Origin: Escherichia coli
Lineage (GTDB): Bacteria > Pseudomonadota > Gammaproteobacteria > Enterobacterales > Enterobacteriaceae
Assembly: GCF_048403405.1 (NCBI RefSeq)
Contig: NZ_CP183129.1
Direction: 5' to 3' (one strand)
DNA length: 64,000 bases
The notes under the pieces were generated by a model. It did not search any database. It saw only the letters and a list, made by a program, of their open reading frames with translations, and was not told the origin of the DNA. The number at the start of each line of letters is the position of its first letter. The stretch's first letter is position 1. Positions 39,263-50,649 of this stretch are shown one piece after another. The position numbers were made by a program, and so were the translations under genes.

Positions 39263-39703
39263 TTAATTACTTGATTTATTGTCGGCTTTATACTTCACAT
39301 CCTGGGTATCTTTACCATATTTATTTTCGCCTTGTGTGCCAACAAACGCACCAAGATCGATAAGCATCATCACCAGAATCAACGTCGGGACAAAACGCCC
39401 TACCGCCCATTGCCAGACACCCGGTAAAATCGCCCAGTTACCCGCCAGTAGCATCCACGCCACAATCATCAGAAATGCCCATGCGCCGGAACGCCCGCGA
39501 TCATGCAAGCGCTTAACGGTTACTGCCGCTGTTGGCCAGAGCAAGCACACAAGGCAAAACGCCGCAGTCTGAATATCGAGTAAATTTTTACCCGCCAGTG
39601 AGAAAAGCACCAGCATGCCTGCGAACCACAGGCCTATCCAAATCCAGAAATCACGGCGTCCAATACGCCCTTTAAATGAGAATAACCATTGCTGTATGGT
39701 CAT
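39263..39703 (-). CDS. yiiR: DUF805-family inner membrane protein YiiR
   Basis: 146 aa MTIQQWLFSFKGRIGRRDFWIWIGLWFAG. Confidence 0.8.
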   Translation of the reverse strand: MTIQQWLFSFKGRIGRRDFWIWIGLWFAGMLVLFSLAGKNLLDIQTAAFCLVCLLWPTAAVTVKRLHDRGRSGAWAFLMIVAWMLLAGNWAILPGVWQWAVGRFVPTLILVMMLIDLGAFVGTQGENKYGKDTQDVKYKADNKSSN

Positions 39704-39803
39704 GTAAGTTCCTTGATGGTTGTCTTTTCCAGGATTCTACCCTTTTGACAAGGGCGACAGATATCGTTTTAATCGGAGCCAGTCATAACAAAAGGTACTG
39801 TCA

Positions 39804-40403
39804 ATGAAGCCAGGGTGTACGCTGTTTTTTCTCTTATGTTCTGCATTAACCGTTACAACAACGGCGCATGCACAAACACCAGATACGGCAACGACCGCGC
39901 CTTATCTGCTGGCTGGAGCCCCTACTTTCGATCTCTCCATCAGCCAGTTTCGAGAAGACTTTAACAGCCAGAATCCCAGCCTGCCACTGAACGAATTTCG
40001 TGCCATCGACAGCAGTCCCGACAAAGCCAATCTCACTCGTGCTGCAAGTAAAATTAATGAGAACTTGTATGCTTCTACAGCGCTGGAGCGCGGTACCTTA
40101 AAAATCAAAAGCATTCAAATGACCTGGCTACCCATCCAGGGGCCAGAGCAAAAAGCCGCGAAAGCGAAAGCTCAGGAATACATGGCAGCGGTGATCCGCA
40201 CACTCACCCCATTAATGACCAAAACACAAAGCCAGAAAAAACTGCAGTCGCTACTAACGGCGGGGAAAAACAAACGTTATTACACCGAGACCGAAGGTGC
40301 ACTGCGTTATGTTGTCGCGGACAACGGCGAAAAGGGGCTGACCTTCGCTGTTGAACCGATTAAGCTGGCGCTATCTGAATCGCTTGAAGGTTTGAATAAA
40401 TGA
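39804..40403 (+). CDS. yiiQ: DUF1454-family secreted protein YiiQ
   Basis: 199 aa; signal peptide MKPGCTLFFLLCSALTVTTTAHA. Confidence 0.8.
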   Translation: MKPGCTLFFLLCSALTVTTTAHAQTPDTATTAPYLLAGAPTFDLSISQFREDFNSQNPSLPLNEFRAIDSSPDKANLTRAASKINENLYASTALERGTLKIKSIQMTWLPIQGPEQKAAKAKAQEYMAAVIRTLTPLMTKTQSQKKLQSLLTAGKNKRYYTETEGALRYVVADNGEKGLTFAVEPIKLALSESLEGLNK

Positions 40404-40510
40404 CAAAAAGCAAAGCCTTTGTGCCGATGAATCTCTATACTGTTTCACAGACCTGCTGCCCTGCGGGGCGGCCATCTTCCTTTATTCGCTTATAAGCGTG
40501 GAGAATTAAA

Positions 40511-41278
40511 ATGCGACATCCTTTAGTGATGGGTAACTGGAAACTGAACGGCAGCCGCCACATGGTTCACGAGCTGGTTTCTAACCTGCGTAAAGAGCTG
40601 GCAGGTGTTGCTGGCTGTGCGGTTGCAATCGCACCACCGGAAATGTACATCGATATGGCGAAGCGTGAAGCTGAAGGCAGCCACATCATGCTGGGTGCGC
40701 AAAACGTGGACCTGAACCTGTCCGGCGCATTCACCGGTGAAACCTCTGCTGCTATGCTGAAAGACATCGGCGCACAGTACATCATCATCGGCCACTCTGA
40801 ACGTCGTACTTACCACAAAGAGTCTGACGAACTGATCGCGAAAAAATTCGCGGTGCTGAAAGAGCAGGGTCTGACTCCGGTTCTGTGCATCGGTGAAACC
40901 GAAGCTGAAAACGAAGCGGGCAAAACTGAAGAAGTTTGTGCACGTCAGATCGACGCGGTACTGAAAACTCAGGGTGCTGCAGCATTCGAAGGTGCGGTAA
41001 TCGCTTACGAACCAGTATGGGCAATCGGTACTGGCAAATCTGCAACTCCGGCGCAGGCACAGGTTGTTCACAAATTCATCCGTGACCACATCGCTAAAGT
41101 TGACGCTAACATCGCTGAACAAGTGATCATCCAGTACGGCGGCTCTGTAAACGCGTCTAACGCTGCAGAACTGTTTGCTCAGCCAGACATCGACGGCGCG
41201 CTGGTTGGCGGTGCTTCTCTGAAAGCTGACGCTTTCGCAGTGATCGTTAAAGCTGCAGAAGCGGCTAAACAGGCTTAA
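40511..41278 (+). CDS. tpiA: triosephosphate isomerase
   Basis: 255 aa [30 protein letters not shown]. Confidence 0.95.
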   Translation: MRHPLVMGNWKLNGSRHMVHELVSNLRKELAGVAGCAVAIAPPEMYIDMAKREAEGSHIMLGAQNVDLNLSGAFTGETSAAMLKDIGAQYIIIGHSERRTYHKESDELIAKKFAVLKEQGLTPVLCIGETEAENEAGKTEEVCARQIDAVLKTQGAAAFEGAVIAYEPVWAIGTGKSATPAQAQVVHKFIRDHIAKVDANIAEQVIIQYGGSVNASNAAELFAQPDIDGALVGGASLKADAFAVIVKAAEAAKQA

Positions 41279-41287
41279 GTCTGACAG

Positions 41288-41310
41288 GTGCCGGATTTCA
41301 TATCCGGCAC
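41288..41310. terminator. bidirectional terminator hairpin between tpiA and cdh
   Basis: gtgccggat-ttcat-atccggcac. Confidence 0.6.
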
Positions 41311-41332
41311 TTACTTTCCTTAACTCCTCGCC

Positions 41333-42088
41333 TTAACGCAAAATCTCACACTGATGATCCTGAATTTCCTCGGCTGAAGCACGGTTAAGCGTCAGTAGAT
41401 TTCGTTGTGTCGCCAGCAATACAAATGAGTTATCACTCTGCCGTACCATCGCCAGCCCGTAGCTTCCCATATGTTCCCGCGCCTCAGGTACTTCTTCTGC
41501 CAGCATCATAAATGGACTGCGTTGTACCAGTTCGCTTTCCGTTACCCGACGCGCCAGGTATTCATGCCCGCGCAAACCACCTGGCAGTGGCAACCAGCGG
41601 CTGCTGATGTTCGCCAGATTGTTATCCAGCTGTTCGCGCACATCAGGACGAATACAAGAGATATGAATATGAAAATGGTTTTGCGTACGCCCGGTGCGGG
41701 AGTTGATCGCCAAAGAAACCGCGCGATCGGGAACCGGCTGGCCGTATTTTTTGCTCATAAAATCACGCGCCTGCCAGGCCAACCAAAAGAAGTTCGGCGT
41801 TGAAGGATCGGTCAACAAAGGACTTTCAGTACCGTTAATACGATACGTTGGCATCAACAGATATTGCAGTGGGCCATTAAGATCTTTTAAAACCACGTAT
41901 CCGGCATTGGGTTTGACTTCCGCACATGGCGAAGGATTTTGATTTTGCTGTTGATTGGGCAAACATTCCTCAAGGACAATCTTACGTAATGTATCCGACT
42001 CTTCACCGGTTAATTTCCAGTAACCAATACCGGCAGCCACAACGGCGATAACTATCATCACCAAAAAAAGAAGACCCGCTTTTTTCAT
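41333..42088 (-). CDS. cdh: CDP-diacylglycerol pyrophosphatase
   Basis: ORF 41333..42280 trimmed to ATG 42088 ([20 protein letters not shown]); 251 aa. Confidence 0.9.
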   Translation of the reverse strand: MKKAGLLFLVMIVIAVVAAGIGYWKLTGEESDTLRKIVLEECLPNQQQNQNPSPCAEVKPNAGYVVLKDLNGPLQYLLMPTYRINGTESPLLTDPSTPNFFWLAWQARDFMSKKYGQPVPDRAVSLAINSRTGRTQNHFHIHISCIRPDVREQLDNNLANISSRWLPLPGGLRGHEYLARRVTESELVQRSPFMMLAEEVPEAREHMGSYGLAMVRQSDNSFVLLATQRNLLTLNRASAEEIQDHQCEILR

Positions 42089-42143
42089 CTTTTTTTCCCT
42101 GTACCTCAAAGAGATGCAAGGGTAACGCAAAATCGTGACAAAT

Positions 42144-42175
42144 AAAAAACCCGGTCGCGAGAAACCACCGGGTTT
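42144..42175 (-). terminator. putative terminator after sbp
   Basis: A-run, cccggt...accggg stem, T-run. Confidence 0.45.
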
Positions 42176-42194
42176 GATAATTATCCTGGGGAAA

Positions 42195-43184
42195 TCAGCG
42201 TTTGCTGATCTGATCGAACGTACCGCCGTTAGCAAAATGCTCTTTTTGCGCTTTCGTCCAGCCGCCGAACTCTTCATCAATGGTGAATAACTTCAATTTT
42301 GGAAACGCATTTTCGTACTTTTTCGCTACCTCAGCGTCGCGCGGACGGTAGTAGTTTTTCGCGGCAATTTCCTGACCTTCTGGCGAGTAGAGATATTTCA
42401 GATAGGCTTCCGCCACCTCTTTGGTGCCTTTTTTCTCGACCACTTTATCGACCACCGACACGGTTGGCTCTGCGAGGATAGACTCACTCGGCGTAACGAT
42501 TTCGAATTTATCTTTCCCCAGTTCATTCGCTGCCAGCAGAGCTTCGTTTTCCCAGGCGATCAGTACATCGCCAATTCCGCGCTCGACAAAAGTGTTAGTG
42601 GAGCCGCGCGCGCCAGAATCCAGAACTTCGACGTTTTTATACAGTGCCCGAACAAAATCCTGTGCTTTTGCCTGATCGTTGTTGTTGTGATGCAGCGCGT
42701 AGCCCCAGGCTGCCAGGTAGTTCCAGCGCGCGCCACCAGAGCTTTTCGGATTAGGCGTGATCACCGAAACACCCGGTTTAATCAGATCGTTCCAGTCATG
42801 GATCTGCTTCGGATTGCCCTTACGCACCAGGAAAACAATGGTGGAAGTGTACGGTGCGGAGTTATCCGGCAGACGTTTGATCCACTCTTTATCAATCCGC
42901 CCGCGTTCCGCAATCGCGTCCACGTCATAGGCCAGAGCCAGAGTGACAACATCAGCTTCAATACCATTGATTACCGACGTCGCTTGTTTGCCTGAACCAC
43001 CGTGTGACTGACGAATCACCACGTTATCGCCAGTTTGCTGTTTCCAGTGGGCGCTGAATGCCTTGTTGTACTGTTCGTACAATTCGCGCGTTGGATCATA
43101 TGAAACGTTAAGAAGCTGAATATCCTTTGCCATAACGCTGGTTGCCGCCAGCAAAAATGTTAACCCTACGCCCCACTTGTTCAT
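42195..43184 (-). CDS. sbp: periplasmic sulfate-binding protein
   Basis: 329 aa [35 protein letters not shown]. Confidence 0.95.
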
Positions 43185-43295
43185 CGCCCGACTCTCTTAT
43201 GTTGTGTTGTGATGAGCAAAGCGTGCCAGAAGGTTAACCAAACATTAAAGAATAAAAAAAGATTGGCTATAACTTGCGGGTATATGTTGAGGGAT

Positions 43296-43320
43296 TAAAA
43301 AGGCGGAAGAAATCCGCCTC
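43296..43320 (-). terminator. rho-independent terminator downstream of pfkA
   Basis: ggcgga-agaaa-tccgcc flanked by A/T runs. Confidence 0.5.
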
Positions 43321-43346
43321 ATATTGCTGACAAAGTGCGCTTTATC

Positions 43347-43450
43347 GATGCCGGATGCGGCGCGAACGCCTTATCAGGCCTACAAAAGTTTGCAAATTCA
43401 ATAAATTGCAGAATTCACGTAGGCCTGATAAGCGAAGCGCATCAGGCATT
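43347..43450. repeat. REP / BIME (two inverted palindromic units: gatgccggatgcggcgcgaacgccttatcaggcctac ... gtaggcctgataagcgaagcgcatcaggca)
   Basis: Classic REP consensus in convergent orientation. Confidence 0.85.
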
Positions 43451-43503
43451 TTTGCTTCTGTCATCGGTTTCAGGCTAAAGGAATCTGCCTTTTTCCGAAA
43501 TCA

Positions 43504-44466
43504 TTAATACAGTTTTTTCGCGCAGTCCAGCCAGTCGCCTTTGAACGGACGCTTCATGTTTTCGATAGCGTCGATGATGTCGTGGTGAACCAGCTGTTCG
43601 TTCTGGATACCTACGCAACGACCGCCGTAACCTGCCAGCAGCAGATCGATAGCGTAAGCGCCCATACGGGAAGCCAGAATACGGTCGTAAGGCACCGGAG
43701 AACCACCGCGCTGGATGTGGCCCAGCACAGTTGCGCGGGTTTCACGACCGGTTTCTTTCTCGATGAAATGCGCCAGTTCGTCAACATCACACATATGTTC
43801 GGTAATCGCCACGATCGCGTGTTTTTTACCTTTCGCGATACCCGCTTTGATTTCGTTTACCAGGTCTTCACGGCTGAATTCAACTTCCGGAACTACAACG
43901 AATTCACAGCCACCGGCAATGGCCGCAGCCAGGGTCAGATCGCCACAATAACGACCCATCACTTCCACCACGGAAATACGCTGGTGAGAAGAAGAGGTAT
44001 CACGCAGACGGTCGATCGCTTCTACAACGGTGCTCAGCGCAGTGAAGAAACCGATAGTGTAGTCAGTGCCTTTGATGTCGTTGTCGATAGTGCCAGGCAG
44101 ACCGATGCACGGGAAGCCCATTTCGGTCAGACGCATTGCACCCATGTAGGAACCGTCACCGCCGATAACCACCAGCGCGTCGATACCACGTTTTTTCAGG
44201 TTTTCGATAGCCACGGCGCGGATGTTCTCGTCGCGGAATTCCGGGAAACGCGCAGAACCGAGGAACGTACCACCACGGTTGATCATGTCAGACACGCTGT
44301 AACGGTCTAGCTGTACCATACGGTCTTCATACAGACCCAGATAGCCGTCATAAATGCCCATTACTTCCAGACCTTCTGTCAGCGCAGAACGAACAACCCC
44401 GCGAATTGCGGCGTTCATGCCTGGCGCATCACCGCCGCTTGTCAACACACCGATTTTCTTAATCAT
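43504..44466 (-). CDS. pfkA: ATP-dependent 6-phosphofructokinase I
   Basis: ORF 43504..44562 trimmed to ATG 44466 ([25 protein letters not shown]); 320 aa. Confidence 0.95.
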
Positions 44467-44646
44467 GACTACCTCTGAACTTTGGAATGCAAAATGAAAT
44501 CTGTTGCCGGAAGTCTTCTTGCACATCGAAGTGATCCAACGAATGTGCAAATAGTATAACAATCACTTCCTGCTGAATTGATTCAGGTCAGGCCAAATGG
44601 CGGTATTTTATACACAAAATGCGGGTCTGGCTCTCTTTTATACTGA

Positions 44647-45549
44647 TTATGAAAGCATAGACCGTTTACCCTCCCTGGGTACGACGGAACAGGGGTCCTG
44701 ATGGATAATCACATCCGATCCCGGAAAACGCCGTAAAATAGCCTGCTCTACCTGATCCGCCACCATATGTGCCTGAACCAAAGGCAGAGAGTCTTCCATT
44801 TCCAAATGAATCTGAATAAAGCGGGTCGGCCCTGACTGCCGCGTGCGAAGATCGTGAGCGCCGCTAACACCCGGCCAGGAAGTCACGATATCAATAATTT
44901 CTTGCCGTTCTTCATCAGGCAATGCGCGATCCAGTAATGACTGTACCGCCTCATATCCCATGCGTAACGCGCTATATAAAATATAGATGCCGATTCCCAA
45001 TGCAAACAGAGCATCGGCGCGATGCCAGCCATACCAGGACAACCCCAGCGCCAGCAGAATTGCGCCGTTCATCATAACATCAGACTGGTAATGTAGCATA
45101 TCAGCCCGCACCGCCTGGCTTTGCGTCCGGCGCACCACCCACCGCTGAAACGAGACAAGGATAATCGTACAAATTAGCGCCACAATTGTCACGATAACCC
45201 CGACGCCTGGATCTGTCATCGGTGTTGGAGATACCAGATGTTGAATACCCGTCAAAAAGAGGAATAGTGCCGAACCGGAGATAAACATACTTTGCGCCAG
45301 CGCCGCGAGGGACTCAGCTTTACCGTGACCAAACGAGTGATTATCGTCGGCAGGTTGCAGGGAATATCGCACCACCAGTAAATTCGTCAACGACGCGCCG
45401 ATATCCACCAGCGAATCCACCAGCGCGGCGAGAATACTCACCGACCCGGTATACCACCATGCAAAAATTTTAATCAGCAATAGCAGCGAAGCCATCGCCG
45501 TCGCAGCAATCGCCGCCCGACTGACCAGCCGTCCATAAGATTGATTCAT
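44647..45549 (-). CDS. fieF: cation diffusion facilitator (Fe/Zn efflux) FieF/YiiP
   Basis: ORF 44647..45567 trimmed to ATG 45549 ([21 protein letters not shown]); 300 aa. Confidence 0.9.
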   Translation of the reverse strand: MNQSYGRLVSRAAIAATAMASLLLLIKIFAWWYTGSVSILAALVDSLVDIGASLTNLLVVRYSLQPADDNHSFGHGKAESLAALAQSMFISGSALFLFLTGIQHLVSPTPMTDPGVGVIVTIVALICTIILVSFQRWVVRRTQSQAVRADMLHYQSDVMMNGAILLALGLSWYGWHRADALFALGIGIYILYSALRMGYEAVQSLLDRALPDEERQEIIDIVTSWPGVSGAHDLRTRQSGPTRFIQIHLEMEDSLPLVQAHMVADQVEQAILRRFPGSDVIIHQDPCSVVPREGKRSMLS

Positions 45550-45630
45550 AAATACTCCCGCTATCAACTGACGCTAGTATAACGGAAGCAAATCATCTGC
45601 AATGCATTAAGCAGCAGGCAAATTGAGGAT

Positions 45631-45690
45631 AAAAAAAACCCCCACATCATGTGGGGGAAGACAGGGATGGTGTCTATGGCAAGGAAAACA
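45631..45690 (-). ncRNA. cpxQ: CpxQ-like 3'UTR-derived sRNA of cpxP (includes the terminator hairpin)
   Basis: Minus-strand ...uuccuugccauagacaccaucccugucuu-cccccacaugaugugggggUUUUUUUU immediately after the cpxP stop; matches the CpxQ sequence as I remember it. Confidence 0.5.
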
Positions 45691-45697
45691 GGGTTTA

Positions 45698-46198
45698 CTA
45701 CTGGGAACGTGAGTTGCTACTACTCAATAGCTTCAACGATGAACTTTTTTGCCATTGCGTCACGTCGCGCAACTGCTCCATTCGTTGTTGATGTTTCTCG
45801 TTTAAAACCGCTTGCTGCTCCGGCGTTAACAGGCGATACATTTGGTTGCGGACTTTTGCCATCTCAACCTGACGAGCAATTTGCTCATTCGCCATTTTTT
45901 CTGCCTGCGCGCGCACAGCGTTTTCATCAAAATTTTCTGCGGTGACAAGGCGATGCATTGTCTCCAGTTCGCTAACATTAACAGGAGGCTGTTCGTGCCG
46001 GGCCTGTTGCATAAGATCTCGCATCTGCTGACGCTGATGTTCGGTTAAACTTATGCCGTCGAACATATGGCTCTGCGTACTGCGCTGCGTAAGTTCTTCA
46101 CCCGGATGCCAGTTATCGCCTGAACCGACTTCAGCAGCGTGGCTTAATGAACTGACTGCCAGCGTTGAGGCCATGACGGCAGCGGTAACTATGCGCAT
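45698..46198 (-). CDS. cpxP: periplasmic stress adaptor CpxP
   Basis: 166 aa from ATG 46198 ([24 protein letters not shown]); two LTxxQ motifs. Confidence 0.9.
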
Positions 46199-46277
46199 CA
46201 TTTGCTCCCAAAATCTTTCTGTCGCGATTCAACGATAGAGAGTTTACGATTCAGGCTGCAAACATGCGTCAGGGGGT

Positions 46278-46292
46278 GTAAAACAACGTAAA
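46278..46292. promoter_or_regulatory. CpxR-P binding box GTAAA-N5-GTAAA in the cpxP/cpxRA divergent region
   Basis: gtaaaacaacgtaaa is an exact consensus match. Confidence 0.75.
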
Positions 46293-46347
46293 GTCATGGA
46301 TTAGCGACGTCTGATGACGTAATTTCTGCCTCGGAGGTATTTAAACA

Positions 46348-47046
46348 ATGAATAAAATCCTGTTAGTTGATGATGACCGAGAGCTGACTTCCCTATTAAA
46401 GGAGCTGCTCGAGATGGAAGGCTTCAACGTGATTGTTGCCCACGATGGGGAACAGGCGCTTGATCTTCTGGACGACAGCATTGATTTACTTTTGCTTGAT
46501 GTAATGATGCCGAAGAAAAATGGTATCGACACATTAAAAGCACTTCGCCAGACACACCAGACGCCTGTCATTATGTTGACGGCGCGCGGCAGTGAACTTG
46601 ATCGCGTTCTCGGCCTTGAGCTGGGCGCAGATGACTATCTCCCGAAACCGTTTAATGATCGTGAGCTGGTGGCACGTATTCGCGCGATCCTGCGCCGTTC
46701 GCACTGGAGCGAGCAACAGCAAAACAACGACAACGGTTCACCGACACTGGAAGTTGATGCCTTAGTGCTGAATCCAGGCCGTCAGGAAGCCAGCTTCGAC
46801 GGGCAAACGCTGGAGTTAACCGGCACTGAGTTTACCCTGCTCTATTTGCTGGCACAGCATCTGGGTCAGGTAGTTTCCCGTGAACATTTAAGCCAGGAAG
46901 TGCTGGGCAAACGCCTGACGCCTTTCGACCGCGCTATTGATATGCACATTTCCAACCTGCGTCGTAAACTGCCGGATCGTAAAGATGGTCACCCGTGGTT
47001 TAAAACCTTGCGTGGTCGCGGCTATCTGATGGTTTCTGCTTCATGA
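46348..47046 (+). CDS. cpxR: envelope stress response regulator CpxR (OmpR family)
   Basis: 232 aa MNKILLVDDDRELTSLLKELLEMEGF. Confidence 0.95.
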   Translation: MNKILLVDDDRELTSLLKELLEMEGFNVIVAHDGEQALDLLDDSIDLLLLDVMMPKKNGIDTLKALRQTHQTPVIMLTARGSELDRVLGLELGADDYLPKPFNDRELVARIRAILRRSHWSEQQQNNDNGSPTLEVDALVLNPGRQEASFDGQTLELTGTEFTLLYLLAQHLGQVVSREHLSQEVLGKRLTPFDRAIDMHISNLRRKLPDRKDGHPWFKTLRGRGYLMVSAS

Positions 47047-48416
47047 TAGGCAGCTTAACCGCGCGCATCTTCGCCATCTTCTGGCTGACGCTGGCGCTGG
47101 TGTTGATGTTGGTTTTGATGTTACCCAAGCTCGATTCACGCCAGATGACCGAGCTTCTGGATAGCGAACAGCGTCAGGGTCTGATGATTGAGCAGCATGT
47201 CGAAGCGGAGCTGGCGAACGATCCGCCCAATGATTTAATGTGGTGGCGGCGTCTGTTCCGGGCGATTGATAAGTGGGCACCGCCAGGACAGCGTTTGTTA
47301 TTGGTGACCACCGAAGGCCGCGTGATCGGCGCTGAACGCAGCGAAATGCAGATCATTCGTAACTTTATTGGTCAGGCCGATAACGCCGATCATCCGCAGA
47401 AGAAAAAGTATGGACGCGTGGAACTGGTCGGTCCGTTCTCCGTGCGTGATGGCGAAGATAATTACCAACTTTATCTGATTCGTCCGGCCAGCAGTTCTCA
47501 ATCCGATTTCATTAACTTACTGTTTGACCGCCCGCTATTACTGCTGATTGTCACCATGTTGGTCAGTACGCCGCTGCTGTTGTGGTTGGCCTGGAGTCTG
47601 GCAAAACCGGCGCGTAAGCTGAAAAACGCGGCCGATGAAGTTGCCCAGGGAAACTTACGTCAGCACCCGGAACTGGAAGCGGGGCCACAGGAATTCCTTG
47701 CCGCAGGTGCCAGTTTTAACCAGATGGTCACCGCGCTGGAGCGCATGATGACCTCTCAGCAGCGTCTACTTTCTGATATCTCTCACGAACTGCGCACCCC
47801 GCTGACGCGTCTGCAACTGGGTACGGCGTTACTGCGCCGTCGTAGCGGTGAAAGCAAGGAACTGGAGCGTATTGAAACCGAAGCGCAACGTCTGGACAGC
47901 ATGATCAACGATCTGTTGGTGATGTCACGTAATCAGCAGAAAAATGCGCTGGTTAGCGAGACCATCAAAGCCAACCAGTTGTGGAGTGAAGTGCTGGATA
48001 ACGCGGCGTTCGAAGCCGAGCAGATGGGCAAGTCGTTGACGGTTAACTTCCCGCCTGGGCCGTGGCCGCTGTACGGCAATCCGAACGCCCTGGAAAGTGC
48101 GCTGGAAAACATTGTTCGTAATGCTCTGCGTTATTCCCATACGAAGATTGAAGTGGGCTTTGCGGTAGATAAAGACGGTATCACCATTACGGTGGACGAC
48201 GATGGTCCTGGCGTTAGCCCGGAAGATCGCGAACAGATTTTCCGTCCGTTCTATCGGACCGATGAAGCACGCGATCGTGAATCTGGCGGTACAGGTTTGG
48301 GGCTGGCGATTGTTGAAACCGCCATTCAGCAGCATCGTGGCTGGGTTAAAGCGGAAGACAGCCCGCTGGGCGGTTTACGGCTGGTGATTTGGTTGCCGCT
48401 GTATAAGCGGAGTTAA
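47043..48416 (+). CDS. cpxA: envelope stress sensor histidine kinase CpxA
   Basis: 457 aa; H-box SHELRTPLTR; 4-bp overlap with cpxR. Confidence 0.95.
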   Translation: MIGSLTARIFAIFWLTLALVLMLVLMLPKLDSRQMTELLDSEQRQGLMIEQHVEAELANDPPNDLMWWRRLFRAIDKWAPPGQRLLLVTTEGRVIGAERSEMQIIRNFIGQADNADHPQKKKYGRVELVGPFSVRDGEDNYQLYLIRPASSSQSDFINLLFDRPLLLLIVTMLVSTPLLLWLAWSLAKPARKLKNAADEVAQGNLRQHPELEAGPQEFLAAGASFNQMVTALERMMTSQQRLLSDISHELRTPLTRLQLGTALLRRRSGESKELERIETEAQRLDSMINDLLVMSRNQQKNALVSETIKANQLWSEVLDNAAFEAEQMGKSLTVNFPPGPWPLYGNPNALESALENIVRNALRYSHTKIEVGFAVDKDGITITVDDDGPGVSPEDREQIFRPFYRTDEARDRESGGTGLGLAIVETAIQQHRGWVKAEDSPLGGLRLVIWLPLYKRS

Positions 48417-48444
48417 ACTCGGCGCAGAGCCGTCCCCTTCGGGG

Positions 48445-48612
48445 TGAAGACAACAGGTCAGCACTGTGCGAACTGATACCCTCACCCCGGCCCTCTCCCT
48501 GAAAGGGCGAGGGGGAAAAACGTAGCCCTGTTCAGCAACGGAGCTGAGCACCGCTCCGGACAGTCCCCTCGCCCCTCTGGGGAGAGGGTTAGGGTGAGGG
48601 GAAAAATTCAGC
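48445..48612. repeat. GC-rich intergenic repeat cluster (boxC-like), related to 1555..1690 in opposite orientation
   Basis: ccctcaccccggccctctccctgaaagggcgaggggg ... cccctcgcccctctggggagagggttagggtgagggg. Confidence 0.6.
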
Positions 48613-48671
48613 ACAATGCAAACGGCACTGCTCTCACCGGAAACCATGCCAGATTTCGTATTAAGGCAGAC

Positions 48672-49346
48672 TTATTTTCCCCACAACCGGCGGGAAAAAT
48701 CTTCGATCTTGCCGCTCAGTCGGCGCTTTTGCATCGTCCGCGTCCAGCTTTTCGATAACCCGGCGGCGGAGAGTAAACGGTGATACTGCTCGTCATCAAA
48801 CGGCATATGCCATGCGATGGCGGCAGCCTCCTGCACGGTCACATCACTGACACGGGAAACCAACTCCAGCGGCGCATCAGCAGATACCAACCCTGGCGCA
48901 ATCACGCTATACAACCACCCCACTTTACCCGTGTTTTGCATCAACTGCGCTATATCGCTGATATCAAAATGGTAATTGAGTTTATAGCAAGGTGAGCGTG
49001 GCTGGCTGACCTGAATTAATGCCTCTCCCCAGCGGAAAATATCGCCAATATAAACATTACTTTCCGTCAGACCGTCGGTTGAGAGATTTTCGCCAAACGC
49101 AGGCGCAACAAACAACTCCGCCTGTTCCGGAAATTCCCGCGCCCAGTAGAGATAGTGCTCACGAGGATAATGACACAGCGCTCTGTCTGGCCCGCCGTGA
49201 ACCTTTTTCTCCGCCTGCTCGTCACCTTCCAGCCCCAGCTCCGTCAGCATCAACTCACCATCAACCTGGATTTTAGCAATTGCGCTGGGTTTGCCTTCGG
49301 GATAAGCCTGAATCTTGCCTGTGTATACATCAACCGGATATCGCAT
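48672..49346 (-). CDS. yiiM: MOSC-domain protein YiiM
   Basis: ORF 48672..49376 trimmed to ATG 49346 (MRYPVDVYTGKIQAYPEGKPS); 224 aa. Confidence 0.85.
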   Translation of the reverse strand: MRYPVDVYTGKIQAYPEGKPSAIAKIQVDGELMLTELGLEGDEQAEKKVHGGPDRALCHYPREHYLYWAREFPEQAELFVAPAFGENLSTDGLTESNVYIGDIFRWGEALIQVSQPRSPCYKLNYHFDISDIAQLMQNTGKVGWLYSVIAPGLVSADAPLELVSRVSDVTVQEAAAIAWHMPFDDEQYHRLLSAAGLSKSWTRTMQKRRLSGKIEDFSRRLWGK

Positions 49347-49494
49347 CTGTTCCCTCTCCACGAGAAATTTCCCCATTAGACCATATTTATTTTATGTCAG
49401 GCGTGCTGTTTTCGCGGTAAGTATCCAGGCAGGAACTCAATAGCAAACCGGACGAACGTTAGTTCATCCGGCTGTGGGGATTAAGGAAGCAGGT

Positions 49495-50439
49495 TTATTT
49501 CACCGTACCTAAAATTTCGATTTTCGCTGCTCTGGCTTTGACTTTACGTGACCAGATAGAGGTAAGAATTGGCACCAGAATCGAAGTCACAATGACCGCC
49601 GTCGCGACCAGCGAAGTTGCTGCCGGAGCCATCGGTTTAAACGCAGGCACCATTTCTGCAATCAGCACAGGTGTCGCTACCGCGGCCCCTGCGGAACTGG
49701 AAGCGGCAATTCCGGCAGTGCCATCGCCACCGCCAATCAATTTATCGGCGATAATCAACGGAATACCGGTCACGATAATTACTGCCACACCCAACAGGAT
49801 CCCCAGCAAACCTGTCTGGGCAATTACAGTCAAATCAATGGTATTGCCCAGCGCGAAGGCAAAGAATGGAATCAGCGTCTGCACCGCTTTGCTGAAAAAT
49901 TCTCGTAATTCAGGGTCAAGGTTCCCAAGGGCAAAGCCCACCAGGAACGGTAATACTGCGCCGACGAAAACATGCGGTTCAAACGAGGCAATCCCGGCAG
50001 TGCCCAGAATAATCATCGTCATGAGCGGCCCGGACTCCAATGACATCAACACAAATGCCCCAGCTTCTTCTTTTGTGCCGTACTGCTGCATGATGGAAGC
50101 GTAAAGTCCGCCGTTGGTCATATCCATCGCCGCCACCAGCGCCAGCGTTGAAAGTCCGGCAAAGAATCCAACTTCAACACCATGTTCCGGAATAATGCGC
50201 GAGGCAATTGCCGCAACCACCCACGCGACGGCAATTTTTGTTACCACCAGCGTACCGGATTTACGCAATACCGTTCCCGTCGCGCTTAATTGTATTGACG
50301 CCCCCATGCAAAAAAACCACACCGCCAGAATGGGCACCGTACCGGTAATCATCCCGTTGGTGAATGATCCAAAATATTTCCCCGCCTCCGGCGAGAAGGT
50401 GTGGCACAGTGCGCCAAGGAATAGCGGGACGAGCATCAT
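49495..50439 (-). CDS. kdgT: 2-keto-3-deoxygluconate permease; N-terminus here starts at MMLVPLF, with the expected upstream 13 codons in another frame
   Basis: 314 aa ORF; polytopic membrane protein; see finding on the C6/G3 homopolymer at 50436..50477. Confidence 0.85.
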   Translation of the reverse strand: MMLVPLFLGALCHTFSPEAGKYFGSFTNGMITGTVPILAVWFFCMGASIQLSATGTVLRKSGTLVVTKIAVAWVVAAIASRIIPEHGVEVGFFAGLSTLALVAAMDMTNGGLYASIMQQYGTKEEAGAFVLMSLESGPLMTMIILGTAGIASFEPHVFVGAVLPFLVGFALGNLDPELREFFSKAVQTLIPFFAFALGNTIDLTVIAQTGLLGILLGVAVIIVTGIPLIIADKLIGGGDGTAGIAASSSAGAAVATPVLIAEMVPAFKPMAPAATSLVATAVIVTSILVPILTSIWSRKVKARAAKIEILGTVK

Positions 50440-50649
50440 CCCCCCGGGATTTTCTCAATCGAGCGTTTTATCTGCATTTCCATCACCTGTCGGCATATTT
50501 TTAAGGGCTGATGCGTAATTCCTCAATGGAGCATCAGTGTTGATGGAAACGAAGATAGACATTCATTTAATCAATAAAAGTGATCAAAACCACATCAATT
50601 GAAACACTGTTTTATTTTTATCGGATCATTGTTTTTATTTTGAAATTGA

